From an uncultured Gemmatimonadales bacterium (GTDB taxonomy: Bacteria > Gemmatimonadota > Gemmatimonadetes > Longimicrobiales > RSA9), in the NCBI GenBank assembly GCA_963816355.1, contig CAWFKH010000005.1, positions 224,001-288,000 of the forward strand: DNA of 64,000 nucleotides. The letters are read 5' to 3'. Shown here piece by piece: positions 29,289 to 40,400 of the stretch. The notes beneath the pieces are model-generated. The model saw nothing but the letters and a program-made list of their open reading frames with translations. It did no database searches and was not told the origin of the DNA. The position numbers and the translations under genes are program-made. The number at the start of each line of letters is the position of its first letter. Within the stretch, counting starts at the first letter, position 1.

Positions 29289-30487
29289 GGCTCTGTTCCG
29301 AGGAAGTGTTGGCTGCATCGGAGACCGTTTCCGCTATTCCGCCGCCCGTCCGCACCCTGCACCCTCTCTCCCCATGAGCAACCCCTCCGACCCCATCGGC
29401 GCTCCGCCCGACGTCGCCCGGGCACGCATCGACGACCGTGCCCTGGACGCTGCCCCGCTCCTCGAGGCTCTTCGCGACCCGCCAGCAGGCGGTCCACTCC
29501 GTTGCCCCCGCTGCGGCTCTCGCCACGTCCAAGGCTGGGGCAGCTTCCGCGGCAGACGACGCTATCGTTGCCCCAACTGCACACGAACCTTCAACGCTCG
29601 CACGGGCACGCCGATCGCCTACGTCAAGAAGCTGCCGCTTCTGGTCGCGTTCGCCCAGGCGCTCCCCGACGGCATGCCGCTCCGTCGTTCCGCAGCTCTT
29701 CTCGGCATTCAGACGAGCACGGCGTTCCGGTGGCGACACAAGCTCCTGACGATGCTGATCGAGCGCCGGCCGTGCACCCTGACCGGCCGCGTCGAGCTTG
29801 ATTCGCACTGGATCGCTCATTCTGAAAAGGGTCGCCAACCCGCCAACCGAGCGCCCCGACGCCGCGGATTGCGACGACCGTGCACCCCCGACCAACTCGG
29901 CGTCGGCCTTCTGTTCGCCGCGGCCAGCGGTGGCGGACGCCTGGCCAGAATCACCGCCAACCCCACCCGACGCTCCTCTCCGCGGATCACGCGAGCGGCT
30001 CTCGACGAACTGCTGCTCCCGGCACTCGAGCGGGGCCGGGAGCTCGAGCAGCTACAAGCGATCGAGCGGCCTCAAGCGATCGAACGGCCTCAAGCGATCG
30101 AGCGGCCCCAAGCGATCGAGCACCCCCAAGCGATCGAGCAGCGCTCGGAGGTACCAAGGAGCCTGCTCACGATCACGGCCGACCACGGCCGCCTCGGCCC
30201 GGCGGCGCTCTTTGCGCGGCGTAACGGACTTCGTTTCGAAGCCGGCCGGCCGGAGCGGCTCCGCCAGGCTCTCGCCGGCGGTCGCACCGTGCACGGCTAT
30301 CGACGACGCTTCATGACCTGGATGCGGCGATTCCGCGGCGTCGCCTCACGTTATCTGGAAGGATACCTGGAATGGCATCGCTGTCTTGAGTCGGAAGGCC
30401 GCCGGGACGCGGCCCAGGTGGGGCGAAGCCCACCCGAGCAATGCGGCTTGGGCTGAGGCGCCACCCACACTCTCCGCTAACAGAGCG
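29289..30487 (+). mobile_element. IS1595-family (ISPna2-like) insertion sequence, degenerate
   Basis: Left end GGCTCTGTTCCGAGGAAGTGTTGG versus right end (reverse complement) CGCTCTGTTAGCGGAGAGTGTGGG, 16/24 identical; 1199 bp; no target duplication. Confidence 0.75.
29374..30456 (+). CDS. IS1595-family transposase-like protein with degenerate catalytic motifs
   Basis: Zn ribbon CPRC...RYRCPNC, TFNARTGTP, TAFRWRHKLL, VELDSHW..SEKG, RFRGVASRYL. Confidence 0.8.
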   Translation: MSNPSDPIGAPPDVARARIDDRALDAAPLLEALRDPPAGGPLRCPRCGSRHVQGWGSFRGRRRYRCPNCTRTFNARTGTPIAYVKKLPLLVAFAQALPDGMPLRRSAALLGIQTSTAFRWRHKLLTMLIERRPCTLTGRVELDSHWIAHSEKGRQPANRAPRRRGLRRPCTPDQLGVGLLFAAASGGGRLARITANPTRRSSPRITRAALDELLLPALERGRELEQLQAIERPQAIERPQAIERPQAIEHPQAIEQRSEVPRSLLTITADHGRLGPAALFARRNGLRFEAGRPERLRQALAGGRTVHGYRRRFMTWMRRFRGVASRYLEGYLEWHRCLESEGRRDAAQVGRSPPEQCGLG

Positions 30488-30699
30488 CTACGGGCGGCGG
30501 ACATCGACTCGCAGAGGACCGGCGGAGGCGCGCAGCGAAGGCGGCGACCGGGCCCGGGCGACGGCGAGATGCGCGGCGATCGTTGCGTATCAACGACACC
30601 GCGCCGCTGCCGCCCACGCCGCCTACGCCGTCCGCGCCGCGCACGCCACCCACGCCGCGCCCGCCACCCACGCCGCAGGCGCCGCTCGCGGCTGGGGGC

Positions 30700-31880
30700 C
30701 TACCTTCGTGATCCCGGATCGGCCGGCTGGCAGAACAGCCGGGCGGCTCCCACGAGCACGCGGGCGCACTCCACCACGGACGCCAGATCCACCCACTCCA
30801 CCGCCTCGTGGGCGCCCGCCCCGGTGGGTCCGTAGTCCACGGTCGGAATCCCCGCCGCGGCGAAGATGGCCGCATCCATCCAGTATGCGACGCCGGCATC
30901 GGCGGGAACGCTCCCGCTCACCTCAGCGACGGCGTCCCGCACGCACGCCGCAACGCGCGCGTTGGACGGGCAGATGAGGGGGGGCGCTCGAGGAGAACGC
31001 GCGTCGTCGCCGTCTCGCCCACCGCGGAGACGATCGCGTCGATCTCGGCGAGCACGCCTGCCGCCGTTTCGCCCGGCAGCGTGCGCCGCTCGACCTGCAC
31101 CGTGCACCGATCCGCGTAGGTCGACAGCCCCGACCCGCCCGAGATCATCGCGCAGTGCATCGACGCCGGCCCTAGCAGAGGATGCACTCGCGAGCGCAAG
31201 ATGTCGGTGTCGAAGCGCTCGAGCGCGGCCACGACACGGCCGATCTTGCCGATCGCGCTGACGCCGAGATCCCAGCGGCTGCCGTGAGCGGCGCGTCCCG
31301 AAGCCGCGATCTCGATCCAGACGAACCCCTTGTGCCCCAGGATCAGGCGATGCTCGCTCGGCTCCGTCAGAATGCAGGCATCCGCGGCGTGATTCGCGAC
31401 GAAGTGCCGCGCCCCCGCGCTAGCGTACTCCTCGTCCGCCACGAGGGCGAGGAGCAACGTCCCGGGAAGCCCCTCTCGCGCGAGCACAGCTGCGGCGCTC
31501 AACGCCGCGGCCACGCCACCTTTCATGTCGTAGCTGCCTCGCCCGAACACCCGGCCATGACGCACCGTCGGCTCGAACGGCTCGATCTCCATCCCGGCGA
31601 CACCGACGGTGTCGAGGTGAGCACACACGACCAGGACCGGACCTTTGCCGGCGCCGACCCGGGCCACCACGTTGGGACGATCGGGTGCCGCTTCTTCGAT
31701 CCACGCCTCGACGCCGCGCTCCACGAGCCAATCCCTCGCGAAGCGCGCGATCGAGGATTCGCCGGCCCCACCCCGCGGCGTCAGAGCGGGATTCACGGAC
31801 GGCCGCCGGATCAGATCCCGCAGGAGATCGAGAACCCGCTCGGCGGCGAGCGGGTCGCTGGGGAGAAGGTCCGCATCCAT
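30700..31880 (-). pseudogene. ArgE/DapE (M20) deacylase with a 1-nt frameshift in a G7 run (30978-30984); may be intact in vivo
   Basis: AHLDTV, GRGSYDMKGG, ADEE, TEP, AHGS in one frame; WMDAA...YGP.GAGAHEAVEWV in the next. One extra C gives ERPPLIC. Confidence 0.85.
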
Positions 31881-31972
31881 GTACCTATTCTCTCCTCCTC
31901 ACGACCCGGGGTCCAGGGTTCGGCTGGAACCGACGCCACGCGGCCGGCCCCGCGGCGGCAACACCGGCTCCC

Positions 31973-33316
31973 GTGAGCCACTCCCGCTTCTCCTCCGAGC
32001 TCCGCGGCGTAGGACGCCTCGCCGGGCCGCTCGTCTTCGGTCAGCTCGGCGCCGTCGGCATGAACACCGCAGACACCATCATGGTCGGCCCCCTCGGCGC
32101 CACCTCCCTCGCCGCGGCTGGCATCGGAAGCGCCGTCTACGTCTTCGCCACGGTGCTCTGCCAAGGCGTGCTGATGGGAATGTCACCGCTCGTCAGCCAG
32201 GCGTTCGGCGCTGGCGAACGTGACGAGGTGCGGCGCGTCCTCATCCAGGGCCTCTGGCTCGCGCTCGCCCTCAGCGTACCGGTCGTCGCCGTCTGCCTCT
32301 TTGGCGAGTCGATCGTACGCATGCTTGGACAGGACTCCGCCGTCGCCACGCTCGCCGGCGCCTACCTGCGCGCCCTCGCCCCTGGCGTTCCCGCCCTCTT
32401 CGCGTTCATCGCGTTCCGCCAGTTCCTCGAGGGCATGGGCATCACACGGCCCACGATGCTCATCACCTTCCTCGGCCTCGGCCTCAACATCGGCTTCAAC
32501 CGGATCCTCATCTTCGGCGCGCCTCCCCTGATCCCGGCGCTCGGCGTCGCCGGAAGCGGCTGGGCCACGAGCGCCGTCCGCTGGTCCATGCTCGCCGCTA
32601 CCGCCGTGTTCGTCTCCGCACGACCCGACCTGCATCCGCTCCGCGTCGCCCGACGACTCCCCGAACGCGCACGACTCGCCCGGCTCCTCCACGTCGGCGC
32701 GCCGATCGGCGCCCAGCTGGGACTCGAGATCGGCCTCTTCGCTTTCGCCGCCGTGATGATGGGCTGGCTCGGGCCCCTGCCCCTCGCCGCGCACCAGGTC
32801 ACCATCAACATCGCTTCCACTACCTTCATGGTCGCCCTCGGCATCAGCATGGCCGGCTCCGTCCGCACCGGACACCACGTGGGCGCTGGCAACCTGCAAG
32901 CCGTTCGCCACGCCGCCGCCGCCACCTACCTCCTCGCCGTCGGCTGCATGGCCCTCTTCGCCCTCTCTTTCCTCCTCATCCCCGGCTCGCTCGTCCGACT
33001 CTACTCCCACGACCCGGCCATCGTCCGCCTCGGCACCCGCCTCCTCTTCTTCGCCGCCATCTTCCAGGTCTTCGACGGCGCCCAGGTCGCCGGCATCTCC
33101 ATCCTCCGCGGCGCCGCCGACACACGCATCCCCATGGCCATCGCCGCCGTGGGCTACTGGGGCCTCGGCGTCCCAACCGGCTATCTCCTCGCCTTTTCCT
33201 CCGACGGCGGACCCTCCGGCATCTGGATCGGCCTCTGCAGCGGCCTCGCCGCCGTCGCCCTCCTCCTGGGCCTCCGCGTCCAATGGCTCCTCCGCCGGAC
33301 CTGCGCCCGCGCCTGA
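31973..33316 (+). CDS. MATE (NorM-like) efflux transporter
   Basis: DTIMVG, RQFLEGMG, LGVAGSGWAT, LAAHQV, FQVFDGAQ, LRGAADT. Confidence 0.92.
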   Translation: MSHSRFSSELRGVGRLAGPLVFGQLGAVGMNTADTIMVGPLGATSLAAAGIGSAVYVFATVLCQGVLMGMSPLVSQAFGAGERDEVRRVLIQGLWLALALSVPVVAVCLFGESIVRMLGQDSAVATLAGAYLRALAPGVPALFAFIAFRQFLEGMGITRPTMLITFLGLGLNIGFNRILIFGAPPLIPALGVAGSGWATSAVRWSMLAATAVFVSARPDLHPLRVARRLPERARLARLLHVGAPIGAQLGLEIGLFAFAAVMMGWLGPLPLAAHQVTINIASTTFMVALGISMAGSVRTGHHVGAGNLQAVRHAAAATYLLAVGCMALFALSFLLIPGSLVRLYSHDPAIVRLGTRLLFFAAIFQVFDGAQVAGISILRGAADTRIPMAIAAVGYWGLGVPTGYLLAFSSDGGPSGIWIGLCSGLAAVALLLGLRVQWLLRRTCARA

Positions 33317-33392
33317 CGCTCGAGAGATCCGCCCTCACCGCCCACCGCCTCCGGCGCCCGGCCACGCCCGCTCCAGAGGCACCCGGAAGCAA

Positions 33393-33433
33393 GCAAGCAA
33401 CCACTTGCGGTCCGGAGCGCACGCCGTTACCCT
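33393..33433 (+). promoter_or_regulatory. tetR promoter (probably leaderless) with overlapping palindromic operator
   Basis: GCAAG-CAACCA-CTTGC palindrome (33393-33408) overlaps TTGCGG-N17-TACCCT; ATG lies 7 nt after the -10. Confidence 0.55.
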
Positions 33434-33440
33434 CCGCGCC

Positions 33441-34403
33441 ATGGACATTCGACGGCAGATCCTGCAGGCCACGCTCAAGGTGTACGGCGAGTTCGGGTAC
33501 CGGGGGGCGACGACGCGGCGCATCGCGCACGAAGCCGACGTCAACGAGGTGACGCTGTTCCGTCACTTCGGCTCGAAGGCGCAGTTGATCCACGATGCGC
33601 TGCAATGCGCGATGCCGGAGGCGGAGTGGCCGCACCTTCCCGATGTGCCGGTGGCGCCGGAGACGGAGCTGCGGCAATGGGCGCGCGCGCACCTCGAGCA
33701 CCTCTACGAGATGAGCTCGGTCATCCGCACGGGCCTGAGTGAATGCGAGGAGCACGCGGAGCTGAGCACGCAGGCGGGGGAGCGGCCGCGGCGGGTGACC
33801 GTCGAGCTGCAGCGGTACGTGCAGCGGCTGCGCAAGGCAGGATTGGCGCGTGCGGACGTCGACGCGCGATCGGCGTCGTTGATGCTGGTGGGGGCGCTGT
33901 TCGCGGACGCGATGAGCCGGGACATCATGCCGGACGTCTTTCCGAAGCCGCTGGCGCGCGCCGCCCACGCGTATGTGGAGCTGTTTCTCCACGCCATCGG
34001 CGCGGCCCCCTCGGAGCGGCGCTCCGCGACGGTGATCCACGCGAAGCAACCCTCCTCCGCAGGCGCGCGCTCCGCGGCCGAAAGCGGCCGCAGGACCGCG
34101 GCGAAGAAGCGTCCGGAGACCGCCGCGAAGGACGGCGCGAAGACCGCCGCGAAGGACGGCGCCAAGACCGGCGCCAAGACCGCCGCGAACGACGCCGCGA
34201 AGACCGGCGCCAAGACCGCCGCGAAGGACGGCGCGGAGACCGCCGCGAAGGACGGCGCGAACGACGGCGCGAAGACCGGCGCCAAGACCGCCGCGAAGGG
34301 CGGCGCGGGGACCGCCGCGAAGAAGCGCCGCGAAGAAGCGCGCGAAGAAGGACGCGAAGAGCGCCGCCCGACCGCGCTCGGCGGAGAGGAGGCCGAGCCG
34401 TGA
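33441..34403 (+). CDS. TetR/AcrR regulator with Lys/Ala-rich repeat tail
   Basis: GYRGATTRRIAHEADVNEVTLFRHFGSK; KTAAKDGA repeats. Confidence 0.9.
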   Translation: MDIRRQILQATLKVYGEFGYRGATTRRIAHEADVNEVTLFRHFGSKAQLIHDALQCAMPEAEWPHLPDVPVAPETELRQWARAHLEHLYEMSSVIRTGLSECEEHAELSTQAGERPRRVTVELQRYVQRLRKAGLARADVDARSASLMLVGALFADAMSRDIMPDVFPKPLARAAHAYVELFLHAIGAAPSERRSATVIHAKQPSSAGARSAAESGRRTAAKKRPETAAKDGAKTAAKDGAKTGAKTAANDAAKTGAKTAAKDGAETAAKDGANDGAKTGAKTAAKGGAGTAAKKRREEAREEGREERRPTALGGEEAEP

Positions 34404-34465
34404 CACGCCAGGTGGCCGCGGCGCGTAGGACGGGGGAGCGAGAAACCGGAATCGAGGGGCGAGTG

Positions 34466-36199
34466 ATGAATACGATGGGAGTTCGAGGGCGGGCGCGCGT
34501 GCGCGCGCCGGCGAAAGTGGCGCTGGCGTTGGCGATGGGCGGAACGCTGCTGGCGGTGGCGGCGCCCTTGAGCGGGCAGACGCCGCGCGACTCGGTTGCC
34601 GCCGCGCAGCGGCGGCCGCTCTCGTTCGCGGAGGCGCTGCAGGCGGCGGAAGACGCGAGCGAGTCGGTGCAGATGGCACAGGCGGGGGTGGAACGGGCGC
34701 GGGGGCAGTATTTCCAGGCGCGCTCGCAACTCCTGCCGCAGATCACGGCGACGGCGGGCTACACGCGCACGCTGGCGACGGAGTTCTCGTCGCTGCAGTC
34801 GGCGCCGGACACGACGTCGACGCCGACGCAGCCGGACGGCTGTCCGGATTTCTTCGAGCCGACGCCGGGGCTTACGCCGGAGCAGCGGCTGGACTCGCTG
34901 GAGTTCGCGGTGCAGTGCGCGACGACGGCGAATCCGTTCTCGGCGTTTCGCAACCTGCCGTTCGGGCGGGCGAACCAGTGGTCGCTGGGGCTGAGCGCGT
35001 CGCAGACGTTGTTCGCCGGTGGTCGTCTGTGGGCGCAGAAGAGCGAAGCGGAGTCGGGCTACGAGACGGCGCGGATCACGCTGACCTCGGCGCGGGCGCA
35101 GCTCGCGCTGAACGTGACGCAGGCGTACTACGACGCGCTGCTGAGCGATCGCATGCTGGCGATCGCGACGTCGTCGCTGGAGCAGGCGCGGCGGACGCTG
35201 GACCACACGCAGCTCGCGCGGCAGGTCGGCAACAAGCCGGAGTTCGACCTGCTGCGCGCGCAGGTGACCGTGGCGAACCTGGAACCGACGGTGATCGAGC
35301 GGAGGTCACAGCGGCAGCAGGCGCACCTGCGGCTGAAGCAGCTTCTCGACCTGCCGCTCGACGCGGATCTGTGGCTCACGAGTGAGCTGGGGGACTCGCT
35401 GCCGCCGCTGCCGCAGGCGATCACACGGCTCGCGAGCTTTGCCGAGACGGCGGAGGAGGCGACGTACACGGCGGCGGACACGGCGACGGAGCTGCGCGCG
35501 CCGGTGCGGCAGGCGGTGCGGGCGCTGCAGGCGCAGCGGAGCGCGCTGCACGCGGCCAACGGCGAGCGGCTGCCGAGCCTTGTCGTCAGCACGAACTACT
35601 CGCGCGTCGCCTACCCGAACGGCGGCCTGCCGCAGTGGGACCAGTTCCGCACGAACTGGACGGTCGGTGTGAGCCTGCAGCTACCGATCTTCACGGGCGG
35701 CCGCATCGCTGGCGACCGCATGGTCGCGCGCGCGAACCTCACCGAGGCGCGGGCGCGGCTGAAGCAGACGCGGGAGCTGGCGCAGCTCGACACGCGCAGC
35801 GCGCTCGACGCGCTGGAGGCGGCGCAGGCGACGTGGCGGGCGAACGCGCGCACCGTCGATCAGGCGACGAGGGCGTATCAGATCGCGGAGCTGCGCTACC
35901 AGGAGGGGATCTCGACGCAGCTCGAGCTGGCGGACTCGCGCATCATGCTGAGCCAGGCGGAGGCGAACCGCGCCGTGGCGGCGCGGGAGCTGGAAGTCGC
36001 GCGCGTGCGCATGGCGCTCCTGCCGCTGTTGCCGCTCGGCACCGTGTCGGGGTCCTCGTCGTTTTCGGCGGGACAGGGGGGCGCGGGCAGCGTACCGGGA
36101 GCGGCGACGCCGGCGCAGACGCCGACCGCCGCGCAGCGCGCGACGCAGACCAGCGCGCAGGCGATCCAGGCGAACAGAACAGGGGGCGGGGATAGATGA
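34466..36199 (+). CDS. TolC-family outer membrane efflux protein
   Basis: Signal peptide; LLPQI, VTQAYYD, LQLPIFTGG, RYQEGISTQLE. Confidence 0.9.
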   Translation: MNTMGVRGRARVRAPAKVALALAMGGTLLAVAAPLSGQTPRDSVAAAQRRPLSFAEALQAAEDASESVQMAQAGVERARGQYFQARSQLLPQITATAGYTRTLATEFSSLQSAPDTTSTPTQPDGCPDFFEPTPGLTPEQRLDSLEFAVQCATTANPFSAFRNLPFGRANQWSLGLSASQTLFAGGRLWAQKSEAESGYETARITLTSARAQLALNVTQAYYDALLSDRMLAIATSSLEQARRTLDHTQLARQVGNKPEFDLLRAQVTVANLEPTVIERRSQRQQAHLRLKQLLDLPLDADLWLTSELGDSLPPLPQAITRLASFAETAEEATYTAADTATELRAPVRQAVRALQAQRSALHAANGERLPSLVVSTNYSRVAYPNGGLPQWDQFRTNWTVGVSLQLPIFTGGRIAGDRMVARANLTEARARLKQTRELAQLDTRSALDALEAAQATWRANARTVDQATRAYQIAELRYQEGISTQLELADSRIMLSQAEANRAVAARELEVARVRMALLPLLPLGTVSGSSSFSAGQGGAGSVPGAATPAQTPTAAQRATQTSAQAIQANRTGGGDR

Positions 36200-37416
36200 C
36201 GACGTCCGTGAACGGAGTGACGAGGCGCGCGGGGCGGCCGGCGGTGCGAGCGACGGAGCGAGGACGCCACGCGCGGCGCGCCGCGCCGGGCGCGGCGGCC
36301 GTGCGGCACGCGGTCGCCGCCGCCGGCATCGGCTGGATGGCGCTCGCCGCGGCCGGCTGTGGGCGCGGCGGGCAGGCCACCGCCGAGCCGGGGTCCGAAT
36401 CCGTGATGGTGGGTCCGGAGAACCTCTACGTCGTTCGGAGCGGTGCCCTTTCGAGCGGTCCGGTGGTCTCCGGCTCCCTGACGCCGGAGCGGCAGGCGAC
36501 GGTGCGCGCGCAGGTGTCGGGCCCCGTCGTGGCGATGAACGTCGAGGTGGGGGAGCGGGTGGCGGCGGGCGCGGTGCTGGGTCGCATCGACGACACGGCG
36601 ATCCGCGACTCGTACCTCTCCGCACGCGCGCAGGTGGCGACGGCGCAGCAGGCGGCGACGGTGGCGAAGCGGAATCTCGAGCGGTCGGAGAAGCTGGAGG
36701 CGGCGGGCGCGATCGCGGAAGCGGACCTGGAAGCGGCGAGGACGCAGGCGACGACGGCGGAGTCGCAGCTCGCGGATGCGCGGGCGCGGCTCGCCCTGGC
36801 GCGCAAGCAGCTCGATCAGACGGCGCTGCGCGCCCCGTTCGCCGGGGTCGTGAGCGAGCGGCCGATCGACGCGGGCGACGTCGTGCAGCCGGGTACGGCG
36901 GTGGTGAGTGTCGTCGACCCGACGAGCATGAAGCTGGAGGCGTCGGTGCCGGCGCAGTATCTCCAGAACCTGAAGCTGGGGCAGTCGGTGTCGTTCGAGG
37001 TGAGGGGCTATCCGGGCCGCGTGTTCGAGGGCCGCATCCGCCGCATCGCGCCGATCGTGGACCCGGCGACGCGGCAGGTCGGTATCACCGTGTCGCTGCC
37101 CAACGCCGGCGGCGACCTTGTCGGCGGGCTGTACGCGGAGGGGCGCGTCGAGGCCGAGCGCGCGGAGGGTCTGATCGTGCCGTCGTCGGCGCTGATGGAG
37201 TCCGGCGGCCCGCCCTCGGTGCTGCGGCTGAAGCAGGGCAAGGCCGAGCAGGTGCCCGTGCAGGTGGGCCTGCGCGACGAGCGGGCGGAGATGGTGATCG
37301 TCTCCGGCAATCTCGCGGCGGGCGACACGCTCCTCGTGGGCGCCGCGCAGGGCGTCTCGCCCGGCACGCCAGTGCGGGTGCAGAGCGGAGCGGAGCAGTC
37401 CGCGCCGCGTTCCTGA
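36196..37416 (+). CDS. RND periplasmic adaptor (MFP)
   Basis: Lipobox-like AAGC; VRAQVSG, LRAPFAGVV, VDPATR. Confidence 0.92.
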   Translation: MTTSVNGVTRRAGRPAVRATERGRHARRAAPGAAAVRHAVAAAGIGWMALAAAGCGRGGQATAEPGSESVMVGPENLYVVRSGALSSGPVVSGSLTPERQATVRAQVSGPVVAMNVEVGERVAAGAVLGRIDDTAIRDSYLSARAQVATAQQAATVAKRNLERSEKLEAAGAIAEADLEAARTQATTAESQLADARARLALARKQLDQTALRAPFAGVVSERPIDAGDVVQPGTAVVSVVDPTSMKLEASVPAQYLQNLKLGQSVSFEVRGYPGRVFEGRIRRIAPIVDPATRQVGITVSLPNAGGDLVGGLYAEGRVEAERAEGLIVPSSALMESGGPPSVLRLKQGKAEQVPVQVGLRDERAEMVIVSGNLAAGDTLLVGAAQGVSPGTPVRVQSGAEQSAPRS

Positions 37417-37428
37417 GGAGGCGAAGCG

Positions 37429-40400
37429 ATGTTCATCTCGGATTTCAGCATCAAGCGGCCGATCATCACCGTGGTGACGATGCTCGCGCTCGTCGTATTC
37501 GGCCTCTTCGCGCTCTTCAGCCTGCAGACGGACGAGTTCCCGGACATCGAGCAGCCGGTCGTCGCCGTCTCGGTCGCCTATCCGGGCGCTTCGCCGGAGG
37601 GCGTCGAGCGCGAGGTCACGGATCCCGTCGAGGAGGCGATCGCCGGGATCAGCGGCGTCGACAAGATGCAGTCCTCCTCGATGGATGGCTTCGCGCAGAT
37701 CATCACCTTCTTCAACTTCGAGAAGGACCCGCAGGTCGCGTCGCAGGAGATCCGGGACAAGATCTCGGCGATCCGCTCGGACCTGCCGCCGGAGATGAAG
37801 GAGCCGGTGCTGACGCGCTTCGACCCGTCGAACTTCCCGATCCTGTCGCTGTCGCTGTCCTCGACGCGGCAGACGACCGAGGAGCTGTCGCGCATCGCGG
37901 ATCCGGGCATCACGCGCGAGCTGAAGTCGGTCGCGGGCGTTGCCGACGTCCGCATCGCGGGCAACATCGAGCGCGAGATGTCGGTGCTGCTGCGGCCGGC
38001 CGCGCTGCAGTCGGCGGGCGTGAGCGTGGGCGAGGTGGTGCAGGCGCTGCAGACGCAGAACCTGGCGGCGCCGGTGGGGCGCGTCACCGGGGATCTGGAG
38101 GAGCGCACGATCCGGCTGCGCGGGCGGCTGCAGACGCCGCAGGAGTTCCAGCGCGTGGTGGTCGCGGAGCGGAACGGCCGCGTGGTCCGGCTGGGCGACG
38201 TCGCCGACGTCCGCGACGCGACCGAGGAGCCGCGCACCGCAGCGCTCTTCAACGGGCGGCCCGCCGTCGGCATCGAGATCCTGAAATCGAAGGGGTACAG
38301 CACGACGGCGGTCTCGAGCGAGATCCGCGACCGCGTGCACACGATTCAGCAGCGGCTGCCCGGCGGCACGAAGCTGGACATCGTGCAGGACGCCGGCGTG
38401 CGCGTCGAGCACTCCGTGCGCAACGTGCAGGAGACGCTGTTCGAGGGCGCGCTGCTGACCGTGCTCGTCGTCTTCCTCTTCCTGAATTCGTGGCGCTCGA
38501 CGGTGATCACGGGGCTCGCGCTGCCGATCAGCGTGCTCGCCGCGTTCGTCGCCGTGTGGGCGCTGGGCTTCACGCTCAACACGATGTCGCTGCTCGGCCT
38601 CTCGCTCGCGATCGGGATCCTGATCGACGACGCGATCGTCGTGCGGGAGAACATTGTGCGCCACATCCAGATGGGGAAGGACCACTACGTGGCGTCGCAG
38701 GAGGCGACGAACGAGATCGGCCTGGCGGTCTCCGCGACGACCTTCTCGATCATCGCCGTCTTCGTGCCGGTCGCGTTCATGTACGGCGTCGCGGGCCAGT
38801 GGTTCAAGCCGTTCGCGCTGACGATCGCGGCGGCGGTGCTGGTCTCGCTCTTCGTCTCCTTCTCGCTCGACCCGATGCTCTCGGCGTACTGGCCGGATCC
38901 GCAGCTCGAGGAGGGCGAGCACCGCAACTGGATCTCGCGCCAGCTCGAGCGCTTCAACGGGTGGTTCGAGCGGCAGGCCGACCGTTACAAGCTCGTCATC
39001 GCGTGGGCGCTCGACCACCGCCTGGCGATGGTCTTCATCGCAATCGGCACCCTCGTCGGGGCGCTCGTGCTGCAGGCCACGATCGGCGGCGCCGGCTTCG
39101 TCCCCGACAGCGACCGCAGCGAGCTGACCGTCAACTTCGAGACGCCGCCCGGCTCCAACCTCGAGTACACGAAGATCAAGGGCGAGGAGGCCGCGACGCT
39201 CGCGCGCTCGCTGCCGCAGGTGGCCTACACCTTCGTCACGGTGGGCGGCTCGAGCGGCGCGGTCGACCAGGGCATGCTCTACATCCGGCTGCTGCCGAAG
39301 AGCGAGCGCAGCGTCGGCGCGCTCGACCTCGCGCAGCGCCTGCGCCAGCGCTTCGAGCGGATCGGCGGCGCCGACTTCGCGATCTTCTCCGGCATGTTCG
39401 GCGGCGGTCAGAAGCAGATCCAGGTGGAGATCCGGGGCACGGACGCGAAGACGCTCGCGGCCATCGCCGACCGCGCGGAGGCGGAGGTCAAGCAGGTCGA
39501 AGGCGCCGTCGACGTCGGGCTCTCGACGCGCGGACAGAAGCCGGAGCTCGAGGTGCAGCTCGATCGTGGCCTCGCGTCCGACCTCGGCATCAACACGGCC
39601 CAGGTGGGGCAGGCGCTGCGCGTCGCGTTCGCGGGCGTGGACGCGGGCGACTGGGTCGACCCGACCGGCGAGACGCGCGACGTCGAGGTGCGCCTCGTGC
39701 CGGAGGCGCGCCGCCGCCCGGCCGACCTCGCGAGCCTGCCGCTCGTGGTGCAGACGGCGGGCGCGGGCGGACCGAAGATCGTTCCCCTCGGCCAGATCGC
39801 GACGGTGCGGCAGGGGATCGGCCCCGCGCAGATCGACCACCTCGATCGCGAGCGCGTCGTCGACGTGCAGGCGAACACCTCCGGCCGCTCGCTCGGCGAG
39901 GTGACGCGCGACATCAACGCGCGCCTCGGCAAGCTCGACCTGCCCCCCGGCTACCGCATCACGATGGGTGGCGACGTCGAGGGCCAGGTCGAGGTCTTCA
40001 CCAACATCTTCAAGGCGCTCGGCATCGCCATCCTCTTCATGTACCTGATCCTGGTGGTGCAGTTCGGCAGCTTCATCGATCCGATCGCCATCATGATGTC
40101 GCTGCCGCTCTCGCTGATCGGCGTCGTCGTCGCCCTGATCGTCACCGGCGACACCGTGAACATCATGAGCCTGATCGGCGTGATCCTGCTCATGGGGCTG
40201 GTCACCAAGAACGCGATCCTGCTGATCGACTTCGCGAAGTGGGGCCGCGAGCAGGGGCTGAGCCGCCGCGACGCCCTGATCGAGGCCGGCCGCATCCGGC
40301 TGCGCCCGATCCTGATGACCACCTTCGCGCTCATCGCCGGCATGACCCCCGTGGCCATCGGCGCCGGCGAGGGCGCCGATTTCCGGGCCCCGCTCGGCCG

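Noticed and set aside
29281..30495. 8-bp target site duplication of the IS
   Set aside because: Flanks GTCCGTCC and CTACGGGC do not match
30600..30680. 9-nt CACGCCGC-type repeats as ncRNA or a small gene
   Set aside because: Degenerate low-complexity tract with no supporting signals
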